A DNA stretch of 64,000 nucleotides from an uncultured delta proteobacterium (GTDB taxonomy: Bacteria > Desulfobacterota > Binatia > UBA9968). Position 1 is the stretch's first letter, and every line of letters starts with the position of its first letter. A program made the translations under genes and the position numbers. The notes under the pieces are model-generated. The model was not told where the DNA came from and did no database searches. It was given only the letters and a program-made list of their open reading frames with translations. Positions 9,930 to 20,216 of the stretch are shown in pieces. The stretch spans positions 64,001 to 128,000 of the forward strand of contig CAWJBB010000027.1 in the NCBI GenBank assembly GCA_963840855.1, given 5' to 3'.

Positions 9930-10841
9930 GTGGCTAACCTTCCCCTGCCGATTTCCTCGGTTGCCGCTGATTCACTGATCCGATATTATATCCCGGTGCG
10001 GTTCGAGAACATATCCTACCCTTGTTTTTTCCTTTCGCTGACGGTGCACCTGGCGCTCGTTCCCCTGCTTTGGCGCAAACCGTTCGCGGCCAATCCGGCA
10101 TTCGAGCCGATTTCCGTTTCTTTTCTGCCGGGCGCAAAACCCATCGAACAGGAAAAAACCTTAACCGCGCGCCCGCTCCCATCGCGCCGCCAGCGGCAAC
10201 CCGCGCAAGCGAAGCAGCTCAAAGGCGCGCCCGCCGTCGAAAAAAAACCGCTCCCGCCATCGCCCCAACCTGATATTCGAGACTTACCGCTACCGCCCCA
10301 ATTAGCGGCGCGCACCGAACCGGCTCCCATTATTCAGGAACGTCCCGCCATCGTCGAAGCTCCCCCGCGAAACGACCAGGCAAGCGTCAAGCCCGGCCCC
10401 GCGCCAGGGGAAGCGTCGATCTTTCGTAAAGACGGTCCGGCAAAACCCGACGGAAGAGAGCAATTGCTTCCGGGCATTCGCGGTTTGACGTCGTACAATC
10501 GACCGATTCCGCTCAATACCCAGGACCCGATACTGGCGCCGTACACCAAAAGGATCGAAAGCCGGATCGAAGCGCAGTGGGAATATCCCGACCTGGCCAA
10601 GCACTATGGGCTGCAGGGCAAAGTCACGGTGGAGTTTACCGTCCTGCAAAATGGCCATATCGACATCCTTTCGGTGGTACGCTCATCCGGTTCCAATTTG
10701 CTCGACGATGAAGCCGTACGCGCTATCAAGGTTGCGGCACCGTTTCCACCGATTCCGCGATCCATCGCCGCGAATCGCCTGCGCATCATCGCCGGCTTCA
10801 CTTACGTGAATAACCGCCTCGCTTTCACCAACAATCCTTAA
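9930..10841 (+). CDS. TonB-family energy transducer (true start possibly GTG at 9996)
   Basis: SLTVH TM motif, Pro-rich linker, YPDLAK...GKVTVEF...RSSG..LLDDEA. Confidence 0.85.
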   Translation: MANLPLPISSVAADSLIRYYIPVRFENISYPCFFLSLTVHLALVPLLWRKPFAANPAFEPISVSFLPGAKPIEQEKTLTARPLPSRRQRQPAQAKQLKGAPAVEKKPLPPSPQPDIRDLPLPPQLAARTEPAPIIQERPAIVEAPPRNDQASVKPGPAPGEASIFRKDGPAKPDGREQLLPGIRGLTSYNRPIPLNTQDPILAPYTKRIESRIEAQWEYPDLAKHYGLQGKVTVEFTVLQNGHIDILSVVRSSGSNLLDDEAVRAIKVAAPFPPIPRSIAANRLRIIAGFTYVNNRLAFTNNP

Positions 10842-10951
10842 TGCTCGAGAACGAAGCTCGGCGGCAAGCCTCCAGCAAATTTTTTGAAGGGCGCGGATAA
10901 AGCAGATTTCACCGGTCGTCTTTGCGACCTTCGCGCAATCGGACCTGCGTG

Positions 10952-12442
10952 TTAATCGCCGTCCGTGCCTCTAGGTTCCCACCTAAGCACCGGCTTACGC
11001 GCGGCACGCGCCTCATCGAGCCTGGAGACGGGAGTCGTATGGGGCGCGGTCTTGACGAGCTGGGGATTTTCCCGGGCTTCTTGCGCGATGGCAATCATCG
11101 CCTCGATGAATTCATCGAGGGTTTCCGGCGTTTCGGTTTCCGTTGGCTCGATCATCAGAGCGCCGTGCACCACCAGCGGAAAATAAATTGTCGGCGGGTG
11201 GCAGCCGTAATCCAAAAGCCGCTTGGCGATATCCAGCGTGCTCACGCCCTGCTTCTGTTGGATCCGGTCGGTAAATATGCATTCATGCATGCAGGGCTCG
11301 TCGTAGGCGATCTCGTAATACTTTTCCAACCCCTTGCGGATGTAGTTGGCATTGAGCAACGCCATTCGGCTGACCTCTTGCAAACCGTCCGCTCCCAGCG
11401 AGACGATATAAGTATACGCCCTAACCAGGACGCCAAAGTTGCCGAAGAACGAGCGCACGCGGCCGATGGACTTCGGGCAATCTTCAACTAAATTATATTT
11501 GGCACCGGTTTTTTCGATGCGCGGCGCGGGCAAGTAATCGCGCAACGCGTTCTTCACGCCCACGGGCCCCGCCCCTGGCCCGCCACCGCCGTGGGGCGTC
11601 GAAAAAGTCTTATGCAGATTCATATGCATCACGTCCACGCCCATATGGCCGGGCTTGGCGATGCCCATGAGGGCATTCAGATTGGCGCCGTCCAGATAAA
11701 CCAATCCGCCCTTGGCGTGCACCGCTGCGCAGACCGCTTCGATATTTTTCTCGAATAGGCCGAGCGTGTTCGGATTGGTGATCATCAAAGCAGCGACATC
11801 TTCGTCCATCACCTTGGCGACCGTTGGCGCGTCGATCACGCCCTGGTCGTTGGAAGAAATCTGGATCACGTCATAGCCGCATAACGTCGAGCTGGCCGGG
11901 TTCGTTCCGTGGGCCGTATCGGGCACGATGATATTTTTTCGCGGCGTGCCACGCTCGGTTAGATAAGCGCGGATGAGCATCAACCCGGTCAGTTCCCCCT
12001 GGGCGCCCGCTGCCGGCTGTGCGCTGACTGAGTCCATCCCGCTCAGTTCGGCCAACATACTTTCCAGCTCGCAGATCAATTGTAAGGCTCCCTGCAAGAG
12101 CTCGCCGGGCGCCAACGGGTGAATCTGCGCGAAGCCCGGCATGCGCGCCACCGTTTCGTTGACCTTGGGATTGTATTTCATCGTGCAAGAGCCAAGCGGA
12201 TAAAACTGACTTTCAATGCCGAAGTTGCGCTGGGAGAGACGGGTGAAATGGCGCAGCGTTTCCAGCTCGCCGAGCTCGGGAAATCCGGCGATATCATCGC
12301 GCAGCAACGCCGCGGGAATATGCTCGGCGGCCCCAGCGCTCTCCGCGGGCCAGAACAGCGCGCTGCGCCCCGGCGAGCCGCTTTCAAAAATGAGCCGCGG
12401 CGTTGCTGAGTGGTTGCGCTTAGTCGGAGAGGTTTCGGACAA
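10952..12442 (-). CDS. gcvPB: Glycine dehydrogenase subunit 2
   Basis: YPLGSCTMKYNP, NLHKTFSTPHGGGGPG, MIEPTETE. Confidence 0.96.
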   Translation of the reverse strand: MSETSPTKRNHSATPRLIFESGSPGRSALFWPAESAGAAEHIPAALLRDDIAGFPELGELETLRHFTRLSQRNFGIESQFYPLGSCTMKYNPKVNETVARMPGFAQIHPLAPGELLQGALQLICELESMLAELSGMDSVSAQPAAGAQGELTGLMLIRAYLTERGTPRKNIIVPDTAHGTNPASSTLCGYDVIQISSNDQGVIDAPTVAKVMDEDVAALMITNPNTLGLFEKNIEAVCAAVHAKGGLVYLDGANLNALMGIAKPGHMGVDVMHMNLHKTFSTPHGGGGPGAGPVGVKNALRDYLPAPRIEKTGAKYNLVEDCPKSIGRVRSFFGNFGVLVRAYTYIVSLGADGLQEVSRMALLNANYIRKGLEKYYEIAYDEPCMHECIFTDRIQQKQGVSTLDIAKRLLDYGCHPPTIYFPLVVHGALMIEPTETETPETLDEFIEAMIAIAQEARENPQLVKTAPHTTPVSRLDEARAARKPVLRWEPRGTDGD

Positions 12443-13766
12443 GACGGTCGATCTCCTCTTTTTCGTTCATCTCGGTCACGCACATTAACAGCCCATCGGG
12501 CAGCTCCGGATACCACTGGGCGAGCGCGATGCCTGGAACGATCTTGTCCGCGGCACAACGCTTTTCCAAGCGCGCCAGATCGCGCACCCGCAGGACGAAC
12601 TCATTGAAAAACGGACCGCTAAAACAACTCGCTAGCCCGGCCTCTTGAATGAGACGCGCATGGGTTTCATGGGCTCGGGCGACGTTGACCTCGGCGATGC
12701 GCCGCAGGCCCGTCCTACCGAGCAGCGAGAGATACACCGTGGCTGCCGTGGTACAAAGAGTCTGGCTAGTGCAAATATTCGAGGTCGCTTTGTCGCGGCG
12801 GATATGCTGTTCCCTCGTCGCCAAGGTGAGCACGAACCCGCGCCGCCCCTCGGTGTCTACCGTCTCGCCTACCAGGCGGCCGGGGAGGTTGCGCATGAGT
12901 TTTTTCTGCGCGGTAAAAAATCCGAACGCCGGCCCGCCCAGATTCATGGGCACGCCGAGACTTTGCCCTTCGCCCACCGCGATATCGATGCCGTACGCCC
13001 CCGGCGGTTTGAGCAGCCCTAGAGCAAGTGGTTCGGGGGTCACGCTGATCAATTGAGCGCCGGCTCTCGCGCACGCAGCCTGGAGCGTCGAAAGATCTTC
13101 GATGACGCCGAAGAAATTGGGATAACCGACGACGGCGCACATGGCCCGGTCATCGAGCATGCTCGCGAGTCGCTCCACATCCGTCGCACCGTCGGCGGCG
13201 AAGGGAACTTCGATCAATTCGACATCGCCGAGGTTCTTCAAATAGGTTGCGATGACGGCGCGATACTGCGGATGGAGCGCTCGCGACAGCAAGACGCGGC
13301 GCCGCGAGTCCCGCTGAATGCGGCGCGACATCAGGACCGCTTCCGCGGCGGCGGAGGCGCCGTCGTAAACGCCGGCATTGGACACCTCCATGCCGGTGAG
13401 CTGGCACATGAGTGTTTGGAATTCGTAAAGGACCTGGAGCGTTCCCTGGCTGACTTCCGGCTGATACGGCGTGTAGGAAGTGAGAAACTCGGAGCGCGAA
13501 ATCACCGCGTCCACGGCGCTCGGTATGAAATGCTGGTAGACACCACCGCCCAGGAAGAAACTCCACTCCCCGGCCGCGGCGTTCTTGGACGCCAACGCTG
13601 CCAGCCGATTCTTGACCGCCGGCTCGGTAAGCCCCGCCGGCAGCGTAATCGTCGCATGGGCGCGCAGCCCTTGCGGGATATGTTCGTAGAGCTGCTCGAC
13701 GCGTTCTAGGCCGATGGCCTGGAGCATCCGCTTTTGGTCCAGCTCCGTCTGAGGGGTGTAACGCAT
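12420..13766 (-). CDS. gcvPA: Glycine dehydrogenase subunit 1
   Basis: YTPYQPEVSQG, TREQHIRRDKATSNICT. Confidence 0.96.
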   Translation of the reverse strand: MRYTPQTELDQKRMLQAIGLERVEQLYEHIPQGLRAHATITLPAGLTEPAVKNRLAALASKNAAAGEWSFFLGGGVYQHFIPSAVDAVISRSEFLTSYTPYQPEVSQGTLQVLYEFQTLMCQLTGMEVSNAGVYDGASAAAEAVLMSRRIQRDSRRRVLLSRALHPQYRAVIATYLKNLGDVELIEVPFAADGATDVERLASMLDDRAMCAVVGYPNFFGVIEDLSTLQAACARAGAQLISVTPEPLALGLLKPPGAYGIDIAVGEGQSLGVPMNLGGPAFGFFTAQKKLMRNLPGRLVGETVDTEGRRGFVLTLATREQHIRRDKATSNICTSQTLCTTAATVYLSLLGRTGLRRIAEVNVARAHETHARLIQEAGLASCFSGPFFNEFVLRVRDLARLEKRCAADKIVPGIALAQWYPELPDGLLMCVTEMNEKEEIDRLVRNLSD

Positions 13767-13775
13767 GCGCCGAAG

Positions 13776-14231
13776 CTACTTGTCCTTCTCCTCGTCATCA
13801 TCTTCTTCTTCGCTTTCGTCTTCTTCGTCTTCGTCGTCTTCTTCTTCCTTTTGCTGAGCCACGTATTCCGCATATTCCTCAGCGGACATCAGGTCTTTCA
13901 AATCGTCCTTATCGTTCATCTCCACCCGGATCATCCAGCCGTCGCCGTAGGGGTCATCATTGATGGTTTCTGGACTGTCCGGCAATACGTCGTTGATTTC
14001 CAGCACCGTGCCGCTCACGGGAGCATAAACGTCGGAAACCGCCTTGACGGACTCCACCGCGCCGAAGGGATCGTCCTTAACGATCTTCTCGCCCACTTCG
14101 GGCAGTTCGACATAGACAACATCGCCCAACTCCTCCTGAGCAAACTCTGTGATGCCGATGGTCGCGGTGTCTCCTTCCACGAGCACCCATTCATGTTCTT
14201 TCGAATAAAATAAGCCTTCCGGGAACTCCAT
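13776..14231 (-). CDS. gcvH: Glycine cleavage H protein with acidic tail
   Basis: YSKEHEW, VESVKAVSD lipoyl-lysine motif, PYGDGW. Confidence 0.95.
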   Translation of the reverse strand: MEFPEGLFYSKEHEWVLVEGDTATIGITEFAQEELGDVVYVELPEVGEKIVKDDPFGAVESVKAVSDVYAPVSGTVLEINDVLPDSPETINDDPYGDGWMIRVEMNDKDDLKDLMSAEEYAEYVAQQKEEEDDEDEEDESEEEDDDEEKDK

Positions 14232-14262
14232 GCTTTCCTCCTTAAAACGCTCGGCGCCGCGA

Positions 14263-15355
14263 TCAACGCTTGACAAACGGCAAAGAAACGATTTTGGCGC
14301 GGGTTCTGCGCCCGCGAATTTCAACTTCGATATTTTCACCGCCCTCGGCCGCTTCACGAGATACGTAGCCCAGCGCGATGGATTTTCCAAGCGTCGGCGA
14401 TTTGGTGCCGCTGGTAACATGACCCACTGCGCGCCCGTGGCGGTAGAGCGCATAACCGTTCCTGGCGATGCCTGGCTCCAACAGCTCCAAGCCGACCAAA
14501 CGGCGGTGCACGCCTTCGGACTTCTGCCGCAGGATGGCATCCCGGCCCATGAACGTCGGCTTGGACAACTTGACCACCCAATCCAGCCCGGCTTCCAGCG
14601 GCGTCGTCGTGTCGTCGAGCTCGTGGCCGTACAAAGGATATCCCTTTTCTAACCGGAGCGTATCGCGGGCTCCAAGTCCCGCGGGCACGAGCCCATCACC
14701 GGCGCCCGCCCTCAGCAACGAGGCCCACAGTCCTTCGGCTGCGTCGGCATCGCAATAGAGCTCAAAGCCGTCTTCGCCGGTATAGCCGGTGCGCGAGATG
14801 AGACAACGCACCGACGCTACGTCGGCGAATTGAAAATGGAACGTTTTTAACTCGCCGAGAGCGAGCGCCGCCAGCGGCTGCAAGATTTTTTCCGCCAGCG
14901 GTCCCTGCAGCGCCAGCTGCGCGTAGCGAGCGCTCATGTTGGCGACTTCCACACCGGCGCCGGCGTGTCGCCGCATCCAGCTAAAATCCTTTTCGCTGTT
15001 GGACGCATTGACGCAAACGAGAAAGCGATCGGACTCCAGACGGTAGAAAATCACGTCGTCTACGACCCCGCCGTTCTCGTGGAGCAGCAAATTATACTGC
15101 GCCTGAGAGACCTTGACGCGCGCCACGTCGTTGGCGGAAATGCGCTGGCAAAACTCCAGCGCGCCGGCGCCGCGCACTTCGATTTCGCCCATGTGACTCA
15201 CGTCGAACAAACCGGCGCGGCTGCGCACCGCCAGCATGCTCATCGATAACGCCGCTATACTGAACCGGCATCTGCCAGCCGGCGAACTCCACCATTTTAG
15301 CGCCCGCGCGCCGGTGCGCGGCATGGAGCGCCGTTTTCTTGAGTCCTTGGGCCAC
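14263..15355 (-). CDS. gcvT: Aminomethyltransferase GcvT (frameshift at ~15235)
   Basis: [21 protein letters not shown] in one frame; [19 protein letters not shown] and [11 protein letters not shown] in another. Confidence 0.93.
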
Positions 15356-15378
15356 GGACTTTGTTACCGGCGCGGGAA

Positions 15379-16242
15379 TTATCGCTCGCGCTGCAGGGAG
15401 TCCTTGGCGGCCTTCAATGTGTTATAGAGCAACATACAGATGGTCATCGGTCCCACGCCGCCGGGCACCGGCGTAATTGCCGAGGCGCGCTCCTTGGCGG
15501 TTTCAAATTCCACGTCACCACAGAGCTTACCGCTGGGCAATCTGTTGACCCCAACATCGATGACCACCGCGCCGGGTTTGACCCAGTCGCCGCGCACCAG
15601 GCCCGCCTTGCCGATGGCGACGACTAAAATATCGGCCCGGCCAACCTCGTCGCGAAGACTCGCCGTGCGCGAATGGCAGATCGTCACCGTGGCATGTTTC
15701 TCGAGCAGCATCAGGGCCACCGGCTTGCCGACGATATTGCTTCGCCCCACGACTACCGCGCTTTTGCCCTTGGGATCACAGCCCGCCGATTCCAACAACT
15801 TCATGATACCCATGGGCGTGCAGGGTCTGAAACCGGCGCCGCCGAGCAATAACATCCCCTGGCTCATGGGATGAAAGCCGTCAACATCTTTATGCGGCGA
15901 GATCGCTTCCAGAATTCGCTCCGCGCGGATATGCGCCGGCAAAGGCAGTTGCACCAGAATGCCGTTGACGTTTTTGTCTTTGTTCAGATTGTGAATGAGC
16001 GCGAGCAGTTCTTTTTCCGAAATGGTCGCGGGAAGCAGATGCTCATAGGATTTGATGCCGACTTCTTTGCAGGCCTTTTCTTTGTTCTTTACGTAGATAT
16101 GAGACCCCGGATCGTCGCCAACCAACACGACCGCCAATCCCGGCGCGATGCCCCAGCGCCGTTCCAACCCCTCCACGTCTTCTTTGATCTGTTTTTGAAC
16201 TTCCTTGGCGACCGCCTTGCCGTCAATGATCGAAGCCATCAT
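15379..16242 (-). CDS. folD: Methylenetetrahydrofolate dehydrogenase/cyclohydrolase
   Basis: [33 protein letters not shown]. Confidence 0.97.
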   Translation of the reverse strand: MMASIIDGKAVAKEVQKQIKEDVEGLERRWGIAPGLAVVLVGDDPGSHIYVKNKEKACKEVGIKSYEHLLPATISEKELLALIHNLNKDKNVNGILVQLPLPAHIRAERILEAISPHKDVDGFHPMSQGMLLLGGAGFRPCTPMGIMKLLESAGCDPKGKSAVVVGRSNIVGKPVALMLLEKHATVTICHSRTASLRDEVGRADILVVAIGKAGLVRGDWVKPGAVVIDVGVNRLPSGKLCGDVEFETAKERASAITPVPGGVGPMTICMLLYNTLKAAKDSLQRER

Positions 16243-16456
16243 TTACTCCGTAGTGGCACTTCGCAGTGGGATGAAAAAACCTATACCGGAAAAAATCGAT
16301 TGTAAAGCAAGACCGTCGACTATTTGCATGACATGGGACAGCGCCAACGTCAACCCTGGAAAATGGCGATGATGCGGCGCTGGGCGCCGCGCGCAACTAT
16401 CATTAAGCGTGAAGTTTTGATAGGGAAATATCCAATCCAGAAAAGCATGGGGAATC

Positions 16457-17560
16457 TTGATGGACAAACCAAGGACGCTGGAAGAAGTCAAAAATGATAT
16501 TCGCGACCGTGTCGGCCACCGGGCGCCGTTTCTCCACGCGGACAAAGCGGAAGCTCAGGAGGCTTTGGCCAAGATGCCCAACTTCGACGGAGAGATTTGG
16601 GCCGCGGCATGGAACGACTTGGGGGCGCGTTGGGAAGACAAAGCCTATAGCGCGGAAAGAGCCGGCAACGCCGCCCATGCCAAGGAGGCCTTTCTAAAAT
16701 CTTACGGCTACTACGGCATTGCGCGCCATCCGTTTCCGAGCACGCCCGGAAAATACCACGGCTATCAAAAAACCCGGGAAATGTTTCTCGCGGCGGCGAA
16801 ATATTTCGACATCCCCATCGAGCGGGTATCTATTCCCTTTCGCGACAAGCCGGACAAACCTATTGTGGGCCATCTACGGCTGCCGAAGACGCTGCCGGCG
16901 CCATTGATCATGCACTGGGGTGGCATCGATAACTGGAAAGAAGAGCGCCACTCTTTCGGCGAAGCGTTCGTAAAAGAAGGATGGGGCTGTTTCATCATGG
17001 ACAGCCCGGGCACGGGCGAATGCCCGATGCTCGCGGGACCCGACGCCCACGTTGTGCATACGACGGCGCTCGACTATCTAAGCAGACGCCGCGAAGTCGA
17101 CGCCAACAAGATCGCCGTCGTCGGCGCCAGCTTCGGCGGCCACTGGTCCACCAAACTGGCTCATGTCGCGCCTGAAAAATTGCGCGCGGCGGTCAACTGG
17201 GGCGGCGGCATTCATTATTTCTTTCAACCCGAGTGGCAGGAACGTTCGCGCCACGCGGACTCGTATCTTTTTGATTTGATCGAAGCGCGCGCCAATCTTT
17301 TCGGCAAAAGCAATTTCGACGAGCTGTGTGCGGTGATGCCTGCCCTCTCTCTGCTCGATCATGGCTGGTTGGATAGGCCCTCCGCGCCCATGCTGATCGT
17401 CAACGGCAAAGAGGACAAACAGGTGCCCCTTGATGACTTTTATTTATTGTTGGAGCACGGCGACCCGAAATCCATCCGACTTTTTCCCGGTGGCCACATG
17501 GGCGCGATTCCGAATATCTTCAAGACGGTGATCACCTGGCTGCACCAAAAATTGGACTAA
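16457..17560 (+). CDS. Alpha/beta hydrolase (FrsA / 2,6-dihydroxypseudooxynicotine hydrolase-like)
   Basis: GGIDNWKE, DSPGTGE, GASFGG nucleophile elbow, GGHMG. Confidence 0.8.
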   Translation: MMDKPRTLEEVKNDIRDRVGHRAPFLHADKAEAQEALAKMPNFDGEIWAAAWNDLGARWEDKAYSAERAGNAAHAKEAFLKSYGYYGIARHPFPSTPGKYHGYQKTREMFLAAAKYFDIPIERVSIPFRDKPDKPIVGHLRLPKTLPAPLIMHWGGIDNWKEERHSFGEAFVKEGWGCFIMDSPGTGECPMLAGPDAHVVHTTALDYLSRRREVDANKIAVVGASFGGHWSTKLAHVAPEKLRAAVNWGGGIHYFFQPEWQERSRHADSYLFDLIEARANLFGKSNFDELCAVMPALSLLDHGWLDRPSAPMLIVNGKEDKQVPLDDFYLLLEHGDPKSIRLFPGGHMGAIPNIFKTVITWLHQKLD

Positions 17561-17564
17561 GACC

Positions 17565-17819
17565 ATGAGTCTCTATCAACTGCAAAAACTCATTTACCAC
17601 GTCAACCGTGATGCCGAACGGCGCGAACGTTACCGTCAAGATGCCGCGGCCTTCGTCAACGGCTACGAGCTGTCGGATGAAGAAGCCAAGGCGATATTGA
17701 ACGTAGACACGCGGACGCTCTACTCGATGGGCGTCCATTCGCTGCTGCTCAGACCGTTTGCCCTGCTCAATAAAATATCCAACGAGGACTACGCGAAAGC
17801 GTTAAAAGGATTGGAGTGA
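17565..17819 (+). CDS. LigA-like small subunit of an aromatic ring-opening dioxygenase
   Basis: 84 aa, YELSDEEAKAI..LYSMGVH; adjacent to a LigB-family gene. Confidence 0.75.
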   Translation: MSLYQLQKLIYHVNRDAERRERYRQDAAAFVNGYELSDEEAKAILNVDTRTLYSMGVHSLLLRPFALLNKISNEDYAKALKGLE

Positions 17820-17822
17820 GCC

Positions 17823-18638
17823 ATGCCGATCGTATTCGCCTGCGCCGCGAGCCATGCTCCCGGGATGACCGCGTGGACCGAAGCCGCGCCGAAGGATCAA
17901 GCCGATAAATTTCTTGGTAGCTATCGCAAGCTCGGCGAACGGCTTGCGGCATCGAAGCCCGATGCGATCGTCGCCCTCACCGTCGAACATTGGGCCAACT
18001 TTTTTCTGAACTCGATGCCGGCGTTTTGTATCGGTCGCGCAGATCATTACGATGGTCCTATCGAAGAATGGCTGAGAATCCCCAAAGCGCGGGTCCCCGG
18101 CGATGCGCAATTGGCCGCGGCGCTGATCGATGCCTGCCTCGACGGGGGTTTCGATCCGACTTTTTCCGATGAGCTATTGTTCGATCATGCGACCTTTCTC
18201 CCCCTGCACTTTTTGAATCCCAGCATGGCCGTACCCGTCGTGCCCGTGATTATCAATACCCTGACAACCCCAATGCCATCTGCCAGGCGTTGCTTCGCCC
18301 TCGGCGAGTTTCTCGGAAAAGTTTTGGCAAGGAGCGAGAAGCGGATCGCGATGATCGCCACCGGCGGCTTGTCACACTGGCCGGGCGAAGCCAAGCATGG
18401 CAAGATCAACATCCCCTTCGACAAGAAATTTCTCGATAATCTATTGACCAACGATCTTAGCAGTCTGAGCGCCTATACCCATGACGAGATCAACGCCGAA
18501 GCCGGTTCCGGCGGCCACGAAATCAGGACCTGGATCGCCCTCGCCGGCGCGGTGCAAAGCTGGAAGGCGGAATTGCTAGCCTACGAGCCGGTGGTTCCGT
18601 GGGCCACGGGTTGCGGCCTGGTCGCATTCAACCGGTGA
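17823..18638 (+). CDS. LigB-family extradiol ring-cleavage dioxygenase
   Basis: SHAPG, EHWANF, DHA, GGLSHWPG, HEIRTW. Confidence 0.88.
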   Translation: MPIVFACAASHAPGMTAWTEAAPKDQADKFLGSYRKLGERLAASKPDAIVALTVEHWANFFLNSMPAFCIGRADHYDGPIEEWLRIPKARVPGDAQLAAALIDACLDGGFDPTFSDELLFDHATFLPLHFLNPSMAVPVVPVIINTLTTPMPSARRCFALGEFLGKVLARSEKRIAMIATGGLSHWPGEAKHGKINIPFDKKFLDNLLTNDLSSLSAYTHDEINAEAGSGGHEIRTWIALAGAVQSWKAELLAYEPVVPWATGCGLVAFNR

Positions 18639-18757
18639 GTTCAAGTCGTTCAAGCCGTTCAAATCGTTCCAGCCGTCGAACAATCCGGCATCGTTTTGAA
18701 CAACTTGAACGGTTTGAACTTTTTGAACGTCGTGATTGGCGTGCCTTCGTGGTGATA
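18639..18757. repeat. Inverted 9-nt periodic repeat hairpin (GTTCAAGYC), copy A, with a CGTGCCTTCGTG tail
   Basis: 4x GTTCAAGTC-like units, loop, 4x NNNTTGAAC units; homologous to 21935-22035. Confidence 0.85.
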
Positions 18758-18827
18758 CCGTTTTTGTTTCTTGTGTTTAAATTCTTATCCTCATACTAAT
18801 GCCTGTTGCCTCTCGCCTATTGCCTAT

Positions 18828-19822
18828 ATGAAATTCAGCCTGCACAGCGTCCACGGCGGCGTCAAAAACATCGACGAGATCCACAAGCGCGCCCGGCGCG
18901 CCGAAGAGCTGGCCTACCACGGCATCTTTCTCGGCGAAAGTCATTTGAGCTCAATCGACTCGTTCCAGACACTTGCGAGTTGCGCGATGATCACCAAACG
19001 CGTTCTCCTGGGCATCGCCGTTACCAATATGGTATTTCGCCATCCAACGGTTCTGGCGGGAGCCGCAGCGTCATTGAATGAGATTTCCACAGGCCGCGCC
19101 ATACTCGGCCTCGGCACCGGTGACGGCCCGGTTTATTCGCAAGGCCTAAAAGCCACGCGACTGCTTGAGTTCGAAGAAGGTGTGCGGCTCATTCGCCACC
19201 TCGTGCAAGGTAATCCGGCTCTATTTCCGACCGGAAAAGTCGGCATCGGTTTCACGATCAACAAACCGGCGCCGATTTATGTTTCAGCTGAGGGACCCAA
19301 AGGATTGCAGCTCGCTGGACGCTCGGCCGACGGCGTCATCCTGGGGACAGGTTTCGACCTGCGCGTTTACGAGTGGGGCAAGGAACAAATCCGCGCCGGC
19401 GCGGCCGAGACCGGACGCGACGAAAGCGCGATTGGCATCATCGCCGCCGGCATGCTCTGCGTGCGTAGCGACGGCGATGAAGCGAGAAGGATCGTCCGCA
19501 ATCGTATCGCCAACCGCGCCCATCACAATTTTCGCTTCACGTTGGAAACCGTGCCGCCGGACGAGCTCGAAGGCGTCAAGAAATTCATGGACGGCTTCGA
19601 CGTCATGCGGCCGATGGAAGATCGCGTTGACCCAGACTTGGTCAATCACTATCTCATTCACCGATTTTCAATCGCCGGTAATCCTGCGTGAATGCATTGA
19701 CACGCATCGAAGAGCTGAAAGCCGCCGGGGTGGAGCATCTTATGCTCACACCGGCGCGGAAAGTTTACGGCGAGACGGTCGAGGCCTTCGCGACAAAGGT
19801 AATGCCCCACTTCAGAACCTAA
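18828..19822 (+). CDS. LLM-class flavin-dependent oxidoreductase (frameshift at ~19685-19700)
   Basis: ARRAEELAY, RHPTVLA, GRAILGLGTG, GPKGLQLAG; the C-terminus RIEELKAAGVEH continues in another frame. Confidence 0.85.
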
Positions 19823-19874
19823 GACCGCGCGCCCTCCCATCTCGCCCGTCGCCCAGCTCGGTAACGCACAGCTC

Positions 19875-20216
19875 TCAAAGCTTCTCATCCTCGGGCACAA
19901 TATCGGTCACCAGATCGCGGATCAGCGGCCGTTTCGGCAGCGGCTCGACGGTAATCATGTCGGGCGTGAGCTTGGCGATGCAGGTATATTCGACTTCGCC
20001 GTTAACCAGCGCCACGCAGGTCTTGCAGGCATTGGCGTTGATGCAGCTGTAGCGAATTGCCAGGGAGCTATCCAAGTGGCCCCGTATCCAGCGCAGCGCG
20101 TCCAGTACCGACATGCCCTCTTCATAGGGAACCTCGAAGTCATCGTACCGCCCTTGATCGCGGCGCGCGCCGCGCCAGACGCGTAGCGAGGTTTTTTTTG
20201 GCGCGCCTTCAGCCAT
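19875..20216 (-). CDS. Stand-alone 2Fe-2S protein resembling the SdhB/FrdB N-terminal domain
   Basis: SVLDAL, YSCINANACKTC...C, VEPLP..PLIRDLV; 113 aa only. Confidence 0.85.
   Translation of the reverse strand: MAEGAPKKTSLRVWRGARRDQGRYDDFEVPYEEGMSVLDALRWIRGHLDSSLAIRYSCINANACKTCVALVNGEVEYTCIAKLTPDMITVEPLPKRPLIRDLVTDIVPEDEKL

Noticed and set aside
18639-18728. CRISPR array
   Set aside because: Units are 9 nt, contiguous and inverted, with no unique spacers and no cas genes
18599-18799. Small ORFs with SSRSSR / LERFE repeats (also 21776-22030, and N-terminal extensions MNRKSKIQN and MERWSNGV)
   Set aside because: They are translations of the periodic DNA repeats rather than supported proteins
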